A DNA stretch of 64,000 bases from Candidatus Stammera capleta (GTDB lineage Bacteria > Pseudomonadota > Gammaproteobacteria > Enterobacterales > Enterobacteriaceae), in the NCBI GenBank assembly GCA_036689495.1, contig CP144840.1, positions 46,560 through 110,559 on the forward strand, given 5' to 3'. A program made the position numbers and the translations under genes. Shown here piece after piece: positions 39,600-50,879 of the stretch (its first letter is position 1; every line of letters starts with the position of its first letter). The notes under the pieces are model-generated. The model saw only the letters and a list, made by a program, of their open reading frames with translations. It did no database searches and was not told the DNA's origin.

Positions 39600-39992
39600 A
39601 TGAATAGTGAAAAATTAAATTCTTTGGGTAAAATATTAATAAAATATAGAAAAATATTAAAATTTACTCAACAAGATGTTGCTAAAAAATTATGTTTAAA
39701 ATTAGATTTAATTCGTAATATTGAAAATAATATATTACCTAATAATATACCCTGAGTATTTTATTGTGGTTATATATATTCTTATGCACGTTTAGTTAAA
39801 TTACCTAAAAAAAGAATAGTTTTTTTTTTAGAAAAACATAAAGAACAAAATTACTGTATTTCTAGACATTCAGTTAAAAAAAATTTTAATAAAAATATAT
39901 TTTTAAATAATTTTTTTTTTTTATTAATTAAATTTATATTATTATTATTTTCTTTTTATTTTTTCTTTAGATATTTTAGAAATTTAGTTTAA
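39600..39992 (+). CDS. rodZ: cytoskeleton protein RodZ, truncated (HTH plus one TM segment only)
   Basis: My own translation: MNSEKLNSLGKILIKYRKILKFTQQDVAKKLCLKLDLIRNIENN...W-VFYCGYIYSYARLVKLP, compared with E. coli RodZ ...[23 protein letters not shown]...FLRGYIRSYARLVHIP. It ends after a hydrophobic FFFLLIKFILLLFSFYFFF segment. It sits between rlmN and hisS, as in E. coli. Confidence 0.65.
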
Positions 39993-40032
39993 AAAAAAAA
40001 TATTTATTGATTGTTTAGAGAAATATTATTTT

Positions 40033-41331
40033 ATGAGTAAATTACAAATTAAATCTATAAAAGGTATGCATGATTGTATTCCTAATGATGTTTTTATATA
40101 TAAAAAAATTGAAAATATTTTTGAAAAATTAATGAGTAATTATGCTTTTCAAGAAATTAGATTACCTATTTTAGAAAAAACTTCTTTATTTAGTAGAAGT
40201 TTAGGATTACATAATTATGTTTTTAATAAAGAAATGTATTCTTTTATAGATCGTAATGGTTTAAATTTAAGTTTGAGACCAGAAGGTACAGCAGGATGTG
40301 TACGTGCTTATATACAAAATAATTTGTTTTTAAATAGAATTTTAAATAAATTGTGATATTTTGGTCCTATGTTTCGATATGAAAATACTCAAAAAGGTAG
40401 ATTTAGACAATTTTATCAAATAGGTGCAGAGGTTTTTGGTTATAAAAATATTAATGTTGACGTAGAATTAATTTTAATAATTAAAAGATTATGAGAACAA
40501 TTAGGTATAGTAGATTTATTATGTTTAGAAATTAATACTATTGGTTCTTTAGAAGATAGAAATAAATATTTATTATATATAAAAGATAAAATAGGTAATA
40601 AAAAAGAAAGTATTTTTAAAAATTTAGATTTAAATAAAATAAATTTTTTAAAATTATTAGATAGTAAAAATAAAAGAATAAAAAAAAAATGTTATAATTT
40701 TCCTAAAATAATAGATTTTATTAATAAAAATTCTTTATATAATTTTAAAAGATTATGTAATAATTTAACTATTTTAGGTATTAATTATAAAATAAATTAT
40801 AATTTAGTTCGTGGTTTAGATTATTATAATGATTTTGTTTTTGAATGGACTAGTAATTATTTAGGAACTAAAAAATCTATTTGTTCTGGAGGTAGATATG
40901 ATACTTTAACAAGATGTTTATCAAAATTTTCTATTCCGGCAGTAGGTTTTGCTTTAGGGTTAGATAGATTAGTATTATTATTAAAAAATAAAAAAAAAGA
41001 AAATATTTTTATTTATAAAAATATTATTGATGTATATATTATATCTTCTTTTAATAATAAAAGTATATTATTAGGTATAGAAATTATGGAAAAAATTATT
41101 AATTATTTTCATAATTCTATTAGAATATATAATGATTATAATAAATATAAAAATTTAGGAAAAAAAATTTCTAAGATATTAAAATTAAAACCACGTATTA
41201 TAATTATAATAGGTAAAAATGAGTTAATTAATAATTTTATAACTATTAAAAATGTATTATTAAATCAACAAAAAAAAATTTCTTATAAAAATGTACTTGA
41301 TATAGTAATTAATTTTTTAAAAAAAAATTAA
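40033..41331 (+). CDS. hisS: histidine--tRNA ligase
   Basis: Fragments 40033..40356 and 41086..41331 share a frame; I translated the middle and it is open. Contains [39 protein letters not shown] and GGRYD.L. Confidence 0.93.
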
Positions 41332-41371
41332 TTATTTAAAACGATTAAACTTTTTTAAAAAATTTATTCAA

Positions 41372-42775
41372 ATGTTTACTTTTTTATTAATAGGTAATAG
41401 TAATGTAGGTAAAACAAGTTTATTTAATAAATTAACAAAAACTAATTTAGCTATAAATAATAAAATAAATAATTTTACTTATGATTTTAATTATGGTATT
41501 TTTTTTTATAAAAATATGTATTCTATTTGTATAGATACTTTTAATATTTATAATATTAATATTTTAAATAAAAATTGTTGTCGATATATAAAAAGAAAAC
41601 ATATATATAAAAATTTTATTTATATTATTCAAAATATTAATATAGTTTGTTTATTAATTGATTATAGTATAGGAATAAATAAAAATGATATTTTATTATC
41701 GAATTTTTTTTTAAAAGTTGTAAAAAAAAAAATAGTTTTGTTAATTAACAAAATAGATTTATGTAATGATAATTATTTAAATTTATATAATTATCGTTAT
41801 TTAGGAATAGATTTAATTTATCCTATATCTGTTTTAAATGGAAAAGGTATTTCTAATTTTTTAGATGATGTTTTTTTTAAAAAAAAATTATTTTTAAAAA
41901 ATAAAAATTCTTTTTATAAAAAAATAATTTATTTTTGTATAAATTTAGATAAATATAATTTTATTTTTAAAAAAATATTTAATAAATTATATTGTTCTAA
42001 TTATATTAAAGTAGTAATTTTAGGAAAACCTAATGTAGGTAAATCTACTTTTATGAATTTTATAGTAGGTAATTATAGATCAATAGTATCTTCTAAATCT
42101 GGTACTACTAAAGATTTTATAACATGTTTTGTAAATATTAATAGTATTAATTATATTATTAGTGATTCTCCTGGTTTAAATAAATTTACTGAAAAATTTT
42201 ATATTAAAGATAAATATTTTTTTTTAAAAAAAATTTTTGAATTTAAAATTATTTTTTATTTAGTAGATATAAATATAGGTTTAACTAAATATGATTTAGT
42301 TTTATTAAATTTTTTTTTAAAATATGGTAAAATAGTTATATTAATTTTTAATAAATGTGAATTATATAGTAAATTAGATTTAATTAAATATAAAAAGTAT
42401 ATTATATTAAAATATAATTTTATTAATTATTTAGATGTTTATTTTATATCAACACTTTATTTAAAAAATATAGATTTATTAATTTTATTTAAAAAATTAT
42501 TTTTAAATTATAAAAATATTTTTTCAAGTAAATTTACTAGTTATAAATTAACTAAATTTTTAAAAGAATCAATTAATGAATTTTATGGTAATAATAAAAA
42601 ATTAATTAAATTAAAATATGCTCATATAGGAGGATATTATCCTTTTACAATTGTTATACATGGTAAAAAAAATTATTTGTTAAATTCTTCTTATAAAAAA
42701 TATTTAATAAATTTTTATATTAAAAAATTAAATTTTAGGGGTTGTAAAATTTTTTTAAAATTTAAAGAAATTTAG
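41372..42775 (+). CDS. der: ribosome-biogenesis GTPase Der (EngA)
   Basis: 467 aa with two P-loops (GNSNVGKTSLFN and GKPNVGKSTFMN) and an NKID / NKCE G4. Follows hisS as in Enterobacterales, minus bamB. Confidence 0.85.
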   Translation: MFTFLLIGNSNVGKTSLFNKLTKTNLAINNKINNFTYDFNYGIFFYKNMYSICIDTFNIYNINILNKNCCRYIKRKHIYKNFIYIIQNINIVCLLIDYSIGINKNDILLSNFFLKVVKKKIVLLINKIDLCNDNYLNLYNYRYLGIDLIYPISVLNGKGISNFLDDVFFKKKLFLKNKNSFYKKIIYFCINLDKYNFIFKKIFNKLYCSNYIKVVILGKPNVGKSTFMNFIVGNYRSIVSSKSGTTKDFITCFVNINSINYIISDSPGLNKFTEKFYIKDKYFFLKKIFEFKIIFYLVDINIGLTKYDLVLLNFFLKYGKIVILIFNKCELYSKLDLIKYKKYIILKYNFINYLDVYFISTLYLKNIDLLILFKKLFLNYKNIFSSKFTSYKLTKFLKESINEFYGNNKKLIKLKYAHIGGYYPFTIVIHGKKNYLLNSSYKKYLINFYIKKLNFRGCKIFLKFKEI

Positions 42776-42794
42776 TTTTATAAAAAATAAAAAT

Positions 42795-43164
42795 TATTAA
42801 TTTAAATTTTCAATCGCTATTTAAAAAATAGAGGAAAGTCTGGACTCCTAGGATAGAATGCCAGATAATATCTGGAAAAATTTCATTTTATGAAAAGTGC
42901 AACAGAAAATAACCGCTTAAATATAAATATATTTATAAGTAAGGGTGAAAAAGTATGGTAAGAGCATACTATATTTTATAGTAATATAAAATATGTGTAA
43001 ACTCCATTCGGAGAAAGGTTAAATTAGATATTTAAATATGTTGTTAAAAATGTATTATCCATACGGATATTTAATATCATGGTGAACCGATTGAGTTATT
43101 AAGTGATTAATAACCTAGATAAATGATTGTTTAAACAGAATCCAGCTTATAAATAGGTTAATAA
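42795..43164 (+). ncRNA. rnpB: RNase P RNA (bacterial type A); ends are approximate to +/-15 nt
   Basis: Universal core blocks occur in the correct order: GAGGAAAGTCTGGACTCC, AGTGCAACAGAAAATAACCGC, AAGGGTGAAA, GGTAAGAGC, GTAAACTCCATTCGGAGAAAGG, CCTAGATAAATGATTG and ACAGAATCCAGCTTAT, compared with E. coli M1 RNA. Confidence 0.88.
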
Positions 43165-43172
43165 TATTATTT

Positions 43173-43625
43173 TTATTTTTTTAATTTTTTAATTAATTTA
43201 ATAATTTTTTTATAACTTATTACTAATAATAGTATAAATATAAAAAGTGTATATATACTATTATTTTTTTTTTTTTTAAATTTATTATTTAAATATTTTT
43301 TTTTAAGAAAAATTAAATATTTAATAATTAAAATTAAAGAGATACTGTATAATAATATACATATATAAGTATATGTCATATTATTATATATGTTCATTTT
43401 AATTAAAAATATTTGAATTATGTTTTCAGTTATTTTAATTAAAAATCATATACTTAATTGAATACTAATAAAAATAAGGATTATTTTATTTAAAGTTTTT
43501 TTTATTTTATTATTTATTTTTTTTTTTTTTTTAATTAAAAAGTTTATTATTTTATAATAGATATAATTATATATATTAATAGTTATTTTTTTAAGTATAT
43601 TTTTGTAAAAGTAATTTAATTTCAT
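43173..43625 (-). CDS. hypothetical small membrane protein (orphan)
   Basis: The ORF-track fragment 43173..43397 extends upstream across one TGA to an ATG at 43625-43623, which I checked codon by codon. This gives 150 codons free of TAA/TAG in DNA where TAA-type triplets are very frequent. About 3 hydrophobic segments and no motif I recognise. Confidence 0.35.
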
Positions 43626-43682
43626 ATTTGTATGTTTTAAAAAATATTTTAAGATTTTAAATATTATATAATATATTTTTTT

Positions 43683-45047
43683 ATGTTAAAAATTTTCAAT
43701 ACCTTAAGTAAAAAAAAAGAATTATTTAAATCTATAACAGATAAATTAGTTAATATATATGTATGTGGAGTTACAGTTTCAAATTATTGTCATATAGGTC
43801 ATGGACGTACATTTTATTTTTTTGATATTTTAATAAATTATTTAAGGCATATTGGTTATAAATGTAATTATGTACGTAATATTACAGATATAGATAGTGA
43901 ATTAATTAAAAAATCATTAATAAAAAAAATTTCTTTTAAGAAAATAACTAGTAAAATGATTTTAAATATGTCTAATGATTTTAGTAATTTAAATTTATTA
44001 ATTCCTGATTTTGAACCTAGAGTTACTGATAATATAAAATTAATAATTAATGAAATAAAAAAATTATTTATATATAATTTTGCTTATATTTCTATTAATG
44101 GAGATGTATGTTTTTCAATTAAAAAATATTTAAGTTATAGTGGTTTTTTTTTTAATAAAAAAAATAATATCTTAAAAAGTGATTTTGTTTTATGAAAAAT
44201 TAATAAAAAGTATAATTATGGTTGAGAATCTCCATGAGGTAAGGGAATACCAGGTTGACATATAGGATGTTCAGTAATAAGTAATAAATATTTAAATAAT
44301 CATATTGATATACATGGAGGAGGAAGTGATTTAATTTTTCCTCATCATGAAAATGATTTAATTCAATCTAAATGTTTATATAGTAAAAAATATTTATCTA
44401 ATTATTGAATGCATACTGGTATGGTATTAAATTTTAAAGGTTATAAATTATCTAAATCTAAAAATAATGTTTATTGATTACGAGATTTATTTAAAATATA
44501 TCATGGAGATGTAATTAAATTTTTTTTTATGTCTACTCATTATAGAAAAAATTTATATTTTAATATTTTGGAGTTAGAAAAATATAAAGTATGTATCAAT
44601 AAATTATATTTATGTTTAGATAATTTAAATTTAAATATTTCTTTAAATAAGAAAGATTTTTCTAGTTTTAAAGAGTTTGATGATTTATTTTATAATTTTA
44701 TGAATGATGATTTTAATATTCCTAAAGTATATACATTAATTTTTGATATGATGCATGAAATTAATAAATTAAAATATAAAAATTGTTATATATTAGCTAG
44801 TAAATTAGCATGTAAAATGAAATATTTTTCTAATATAATTGGTATATTAAATTATGATGTTTCTTTTTATTTAAGAAATAATAATAATAGTTTTATTAAA
44901 CAAATTAATAAATTAATTAAAATAAGAAATTTAGCTCGTAAGAAAAAAAAATGAAATATAGCGGATTTATTACGTAATAAATTATATAAATTAAATGTTT
45001 TAGTAAAAGATAAAAAGAATTTTACATCAGATTGGTACTTAAAATAA
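43683..45047 (+). CDS. cysS: cysteine--tRNA ligase
   Basis: [15 protein letters not shown]...[18 protein letters not shown] (HIGH)...DFVLW-K...W-ESPW-GKGIPGW-HIGCS...[21 protein letters not shown]...KLSKSKNN (KMSKS). One frame throughout. Confidence 0.95.
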
Positions 45048-45899
45048 TTTTTTATTATTTTTTTTATATATTTTAATTATATTTTTTAATAATACTGATA
45101 TAGTCATTAAACCAATTCCACCAGGAGTTGGAGTAATATATTTGGCTATTTTTTTAGCTTCTGTAAAATTTATATCTCCTACTATTTTATTATTTATTTT
45201 ATTAATTCCTATATCTACTATTATAGAATTTTTTTTTATTCAATAAGTTGGAAAAATATTATATTTTCCAATAGCACTAATTAATAAATCAGTATTTTTA
45301 ATATGTTTTTTAATATTTTTAGTTTTTGTGTTAACTAACGTTACTGTACAACCTGCATTAATTAATTCCATACTTAGAGGTTTACCTATTAAATTTGATG
45401 TTCCTATTATTAATGCATTTAATCCTATTAAATTGATTTTATATAATTTTAATAATTTTATTACACCTCATGGTGTACATGGATGTATTATAGGTTTTCC
45501 TTGAGATAATTTACCTATATTAATAGCATTTAATCCATCTACATCTTTCATAGGATTTATTTTATTTATTATTTTGTTTGTATTTAGATGTTTTGGAATA
45601 GGTAATTGAATAAGTAAACAATCTATATTTTTATTTTTATTTGTTTTTTCTATTATTTTAATTATTTTTTTTTCTGTTATATTTTTTTTTAGTTTTTTAA
45701 TTTTATATTTTATTCCTACATAATTAAAATTTATACATTTTTTTTTTATATATATATTAGATGGAATATTATTTCCAATATTTATAATTAATATTTTAGG
45801 TTTTCTTTTAATTTTTTTTTTTAATAAAGAAATTTTTTTTTTAATTTTAATTAGTGTTTTTTTTAAATATTTACTACTATATAATATTTTGTAGTTCAT
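45039..45899 (-). CDS. folD: bifunctional methylenetetrahydrofolate dehydrogenase/cyclohydrolase
   Basis: ORF 45468..45899 extends across two TGA. Contains [33 protein letters not shown] and [11 protein letters not shown]. Its last 9 nt overlap the cysS 3' end, in convergent orientation. Confidence 0.92.
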
Positions 45900-45945
45900 T
45901 ATTTAATTGACTTTAGAAATGTATTAATGTTACTATAATTTTATT

Positions 45946-46019
45946 ACGCTCTTAGCTCAGTTGGATAGAGCAACAGCCTTCTAAGCTGTAGGTCACAGGT
46001 TCAAATCCTGTAGAGCGTG
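45946..46019 (+). tRNA. argU: tRNA-Arg (anticodon UCU)
   Basis: Hand-folded cloverleaf: acceptor ACGCTCT/AGAGCGT, D arm GCTC-AGTTGGATA-GAGC, anticodon arm ACAGC-CTTCTAA-GCTGT, variable loop AGGTC, T arm ACAGG-TTCAAAT-CCTGT, discriminator G. No encoded CCA. Closely parallels E. coli argU. Confidence 0.93.
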
Positions 46020-46041
46020 TTTAATTATCGAAAAGTTATTT

Positions 46042-48378
46042 TTATATTGTTAAATCTTTTTTAAAAGATAATTTTAAAACTTCTTTAATATTATTTAAAG
46101 TATATATTTTAAGATTTTTAATTATATTTTTAGGTATTTCTTCTAAATCTTTTTTATTTTCTTTTGGAACAATAACTTTTTTAATCCCCCCTCTTAATGC
46201 AGCTAAAAGTTTTTCTTTTAATCCTCCTATAGGAAGAATTTTTCCATATAAAGTTATTTCTCCGGTCATTGCTATATTAGATTTTACTTTATTTTTAGTT
46301 AAACTTGATATTATTGATGTACAAATTGTAATACCAGCGCTTGGTCCATCTTTTGGTGTTGCCCCTTCTGGAATATGTATATGTATATCATTTTTATTAT
46401 GAAATTGGTTATCTATTTTAATTTTTTTAGTTAATGTTCTTACTACAGTAAGAGCAATTTTAATAGATTCTTGCATTACTTCACCTAAAGAACCAGTATA
46501 TGTTAATTTACCTTTTCCTGGAATACATATAGATTCTATATTAATTATTTCTCCTCCTGTTTCAGTTCATGCTAAACCTGTGACTTGTCCTATAGGATTT
46601 TCTTTTTTTATTTTCTCGTAATCGTATTTTTTAATACCTAAATATTTTTCTAAATTTTTTAAATTTATTTTATTTTTTTTACATTTTTTATTTATTGTAA
46701 TTTTTTTAACTGATTTTCTACATATTTTAGAAATCTCTCTTTCTAATGATCTAACTCCAGATTCTCTAGTATAGTACCTAATTATATTAATAATTACTTT
46801 TTTATTTATAGATATTTCTTTTTTTTTTAAAAAATTATTTTTAATTTGTTTAGGAATTAAATATTTTTTGGTAATATTTAGTTTTTCATCTTCGGTATAT
46901 CCTACTAATTTAATTATTTCCATACGATCTAATAATGGAGGAGAAATATTATGTGTTGAATTAGCTGTTGCAATAAACATTATATTAGAAAGATCATATT
47001 CTACTTCTATATAGTGATCATTAAAAATGTGGTTTTGTTCTGTATCTAATACTTCTAATAATGCTGATGAAGGATCTCCTCTCATATCAGAAGATATTTT
47101 ATCAATTTCATCTAATAAAAATAATGGATTAATTACTTTTACCTTAGATATTTTTTGTATAATTTTTCCTGGCATAGAACCTATGTAAGTTTTTCTATGT
47201 CCTCTAATTTCTGCTTCATCTCTAATACCTCCTAAAGATATTTTTATGTATTTTCTACCTGTTGCTTTGGAAATTGATTTACCTAATGATGTTTTACCTA
47301 CACCAGGTGGACCTATAAAACATAAAATTGGTCCTTTAACTTTATTAGATCTATTTTGTACAGCTAAATATTCTAAAATTCTTTCTTTAATATGTTCTAA
47401 TCCATAATGATCTTTATCTAAAATTTTTTTAGCTTCAGTTAAATTTTTTTTGATTTTACTTTTTTTATATCATGGAATTTGTATTATTCAATCTATATAA
47501 TTTCTTATTACTGTTGCTTCAGCTGATAATGGAGACATTAATTTTAATTTTTGTAATTCTATTTTAGTTTTTTTTTTTATTTCTTTAGGTATTTTAGTGT
47601 CTTTAAATTTTTTATATAATGATTCATATTCATTAGATGAATTAATTTCTCCTAATTCTTTTTGTATTGCTTTAATTTGTTCGTTTAAATAATATTCTTT
47701 TTGGCTTTTTTCCATTTGTTTTTTAATTCTATTTCTAATTTTTTTTTCTATTTTTAGAATATTAATTTCTGATTCTATCATTGCTATTAAATATTCTAAT
47801 CTTTTATTAATATTAGTAATTTCTAAAATACGTTGTTTAGAATTTAATTTTAATGGAATGTGTGTAGCTATAGTGTCAGCTAATTTAACTGGATTATTAA
47901 TATTATTTAAAGTATTTAAAACTTCTATAGGTATTTTTTTACTTATTTTTATGTAATATTCAAATTGATTAATTAAAGTTTTAGTTATAATTTCTTGTTC
48001 TTTTTTATTTATTTTTGATTCAGAAATTTTTTTTATTAATGCAATAAAATATTTTCCTTTATCTTGTATTTCTATTATTTTAGCTCTTTCTAATCCTTCA
48101 ACTAAAATTTTGATTGTTCCATCAGGTAATTTAAGTACTTGTAGTATAGAAGATACTGTACCTATTTCAAATAAATCATTTATGTTTGGTTCATTAGTAG
48201 ATGCTTTTTTTTGAGCTACTAAAAGAATTTTTTTATTTTGTTGCATTGATAATTCTAAACAAAATATAGATTTTTTACGTCCTATAAATAAAGGAACAAT
48301 CATATTAGGATATACTACTACGTCACGTAGTGGTAAAATGAGGATCTCAGTATTTTTATGAGATCTTTTTAGGTGCAT
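46042..48378 (-). CDS. lon: ATP-dependent protease Lon
   Basis: Three fragments (47488..48378, 46567..47175, 46042..46476) share a frame across TGA. Contains [41 protein letters not shown] and PKDGPSAGI (catalytic Ser). Confidence 0.97.
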
Positions 48379-48382
48379 ATTT

Positions 48383-49606
48383 TTACCTCTTATTTAATAT
48401 TTTTTTATATATTATATTAGGTTTATTTTTTTTATTTACAACATCTTTATTTATTATTATTTTTTTAATACTTTGTATTGAAGGTATATTATACATTAAA
48501 TCGATTAATATATCTTCTACTATATTTTTAAGTCCTCTAGCTCCTGTTTTTTTTTTAATTGTTTTTTTAATTATTTGTTTTAAAGATTTTTTTGTAAATA
48601 TTAAATTTATTTTATATAATTGAAATATGTTTTGATAATATTTAATAATTGAGTTTTTAGGTTTTATTAATATTTTTAATAATTTTTTTGGATTTAATTT
48701 ATTTAATTGTGTAATAATAGAAAATCTTCCTATAAATTCTGGTATTAATCCAAAATTTATTAAGTCTTGTGTTTGTATTTTTTTTTTTTTTTTTTTTTTA
48801 AATTTGCTATTAAAACCTATTTTATAATTATTTAATCTTTTATCAATTATTTTATTAATTCCTGTAAATGTACCACTACATATAAATAAAATATTTGTAG
48901 TATCTATTTGTATATTTTTTTGTTGAGGATGTTTTCTACCTCCATATTCAGGTATTGATGATATTGTCCCTTCAATTATTTTTAATAGAGATTGTTGCAC
49001 TCCTTCTCCAGAAACATCTCTAGTTATAGATAAATTAATAGATTTTTTAGCTATTTTATCTATTTCATCGATAAATATTATACCATGTTGAGCTTTATCA
49101 ATATTAAAATTACATTTTTGTAATAATCTATATAATATATTTTCTACATCTTCACCTACATATCCAGCTTCTGTTAAAGTTGTAGCATCAGTTATAACAA
49201 TTGGTACATTTATTATATGTGATATAGTTTTAGCTAATAATGTTTTTCCAGTTCCTGTAGGACCAATAATTAATATATTAGATTTATAAGAAAAATATTT
49301 TTTTGAATAATTTTTCATTTCACTAATAATTTTATAGTGATTATATATAGATGTTGATAGTATTTTTTTAGTTTTATTTTGTCCTATAATATATTTATCT
49401 AATTTTTCTTTTATTTTTTTAGGTGTATATTTTTTAATATTTGGTATATATTTTTCTTTATTTTTATTGTTTGATGAGTTAATTTTATGGAATATTGTAA
49501 TACATTCATTACATATATAAGATTTTTCACCAATAATCATTTTTTTTACTTGATTTTTAGATTTTTTACAAAAAGAACAATTTATATTGAAATTATTATT
49601 TTCCAT
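48383..49606 (-). CDS. clpX: ATP-dependent Clp protease ATP-binding subunit ClpX
   Basis: 407 aa. N-terminal zinc ribbon CSFC...C.EC, Walker [24 protein letters not shown] and GARGLKNI. Confidence 0.96.
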   Translation of the reverse strand: MENNNFNINCSFCKKSKNQVKKMIIGEKSYICNECITIFHKINSSNNKNKEKYIPNIKKYTPKKIKEKLDKYIIGQNKTKKILSTSIYNHYKIISEMKNYSKKYFSYKSNILIIGPTGTGKTLLAKTISHIINVPIVITDATTLTEAGYVGEDVENILYRLLQKCNFNIDKAQHGIIFIDEIDKIAKKSINLSITRDVSGEGVQQSLLKIIEGTISSIPEYGGRKHPQQKNIQIDTTNILFICSGTFTGINKIIDKRLNNYKIGFNSKFKKKKKKKIQTQDLINFGLIPEFIGRFSIITQLNKLNPKKLLKILIKPKNSIIKYYQNIFQLYKINLIFTKKSLKQIIKKTIKKKTGARGLKNIVEDILIDLMYNIPSIQSIKKIIINKDVVNKKNKPNIIYKKILNKR

Positions 49607-49618
49607 ATTTTTAATATA

Positions 49619-50179
49619 CTAGTTTCTTTTATTTATAATTTTATCTATTATTCCATAATTTAAAGCTTTTTGAGGTGATAAAAATTTATCTCTTTCTGTA
49701 TCTTTTTGAATTTTTTTAAAATTTTGTCCTGTATTATTATGTAATAAATAAATAATTTTTCTTTTTATTTTTAGTATTTCTTTAGTGTGTATTTCTATAT
49801 CTGTTACTTGTCCTCTAAAACTACCTAATGGTTGATGAATCATTATTCTAGAATTAGGTAAACTAAATCTTTTATTTTTAGTTCCTGATGATAAAATTAT
49901 TGCTGCCATTGAACATGCTTGTCCTATACAAATAGTATTTATATCTGGTTTTATAAAATTCATTGTGTCATATATTGACATTCCTGAAGTTATAATACCT
50001 CCAGGAGAATTAATATATAAATAAATATCTTTTTTGTAATTTTTAGATTCTAAATAAAGTAATTGAGTAATTATATTATTTGATAATATATCATCTATAT
50101 ATCCTGTTAAAAATATTATTCTATTTTGTAAAAGTTTATTATATATATTAGTATATTTGTAATTATAATTTTCTTCCAT
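49619..50179 (-). CDS. clpP: ATP-dependent Clp protease proteolytic subunit
   Basis: RIIFLTG...[17 protein letters not shown]...GQACSMAA (active Ser)...MIHQPLG. Confidence 0.96.
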   Translation of the reverse strand: MEENYNYKYTNIYNKLLQNRIIFLTGYIDDILSNNIITQLLYLESKNYKKDIYLYINSPGGIITSGMSIYDTMNFIKPDINTICIGQACSMAAIILSSGTKNKRFSLPNSRIMIHQPLGSFRGQVTDIEIHTKEILKIKRKIIYLLHNNTGQNFKKIQKDTERDKFLSPQKALNYGIIDKIINKRN

Positions 50180-50214
50180 ATTTTAAAATATTTTTTATTT
50201 TATGTGGTTATGAT

Positions 50215-50625
50215 TTAATTATTATAAATTTTATCTAAAATATTATTTATTAATTTATAACTATTGTTAAATCCAAATTTTTTTGCTAATTTTATACTCT
50301 CATTAATAACTATTTTGTAAGGTATTTTTTTATTTATTTTTAATTCATATATAGCAATATTTAATATAAAAAATTCTATTTTACCTATATATGTTTCTTT
50401 AAAAGTTAAAGAAGAATAAATTTTTTTTTGAATATATTCTTTATTTTTTTTAATTCCATTAAGAATTTTATATAAATAATATAAATTTATATTTTTTAAT
50501 ATTTTAGGATTTATTAATTGAAATTCTTTTATTTTTATTTTTATATTTGTTATTTTAGATATTTTACAGGAATACATTATCTGTAAAGCTAATTCTCTAG
50601 TTTTTTGGTTTTTTAAAAAATACAA
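50215..50625 (-). CDS. nusB: transcription antitermination factor NusB
   Basis: TTG start preceded by AAGGA. TRELALQIMYS...PYKIVINESIKLAKKFG...YKLINNILDKI matches NusB. Confidence 0.85.
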   Translation of the reverse strand: MYFLKNQKTRELALQIMYSCKISKITNIKIKIKEFQLINPKILKNINLYYLYKILNGIKKNKEYIQKKIYSSLTFKETYIGKIEFFILNIAIYELKINKKIPYKIVINESIKLAKKFGFNNSYKLINNILDKIYNN

Positions 50626-50647
50626 TTTTATATCCTTTATTTAATTA

Positions 50648-50869
50648 TTATTTGTTATTACGAAAGATTATTCTACCTTTATTAATATCATAAGGACTTA
50701 ATTCTACTGTTACTCTATCTCCTGTTAAAATTCTAATATAATTTTTCCTCATTTTACCGGATATATGTCCTATTATTAAATGTCCATTGTCTAATTTAAT
50801 TTTAAACATAGTATTAGGTAAAGTTTCAATTATTTTACCTTGAACTTCAATATTTTTTTCTTTTATCAT
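50648..50869 (-). CDS. infA: translation initiation factor IF-1
   Basis: [66 protein letters not shown], near-canonical IF-1. Confidence 0.97.
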   Translation of the reverse strand: MIKEKNIEVQGKIIETLPNTMFKIKLDNGHLIIGHISGKMRKNYIRILTGDRVTVELSPYDINKGRIIFRNNK

Positions 50870-50879
50870 TTTATTTTTT

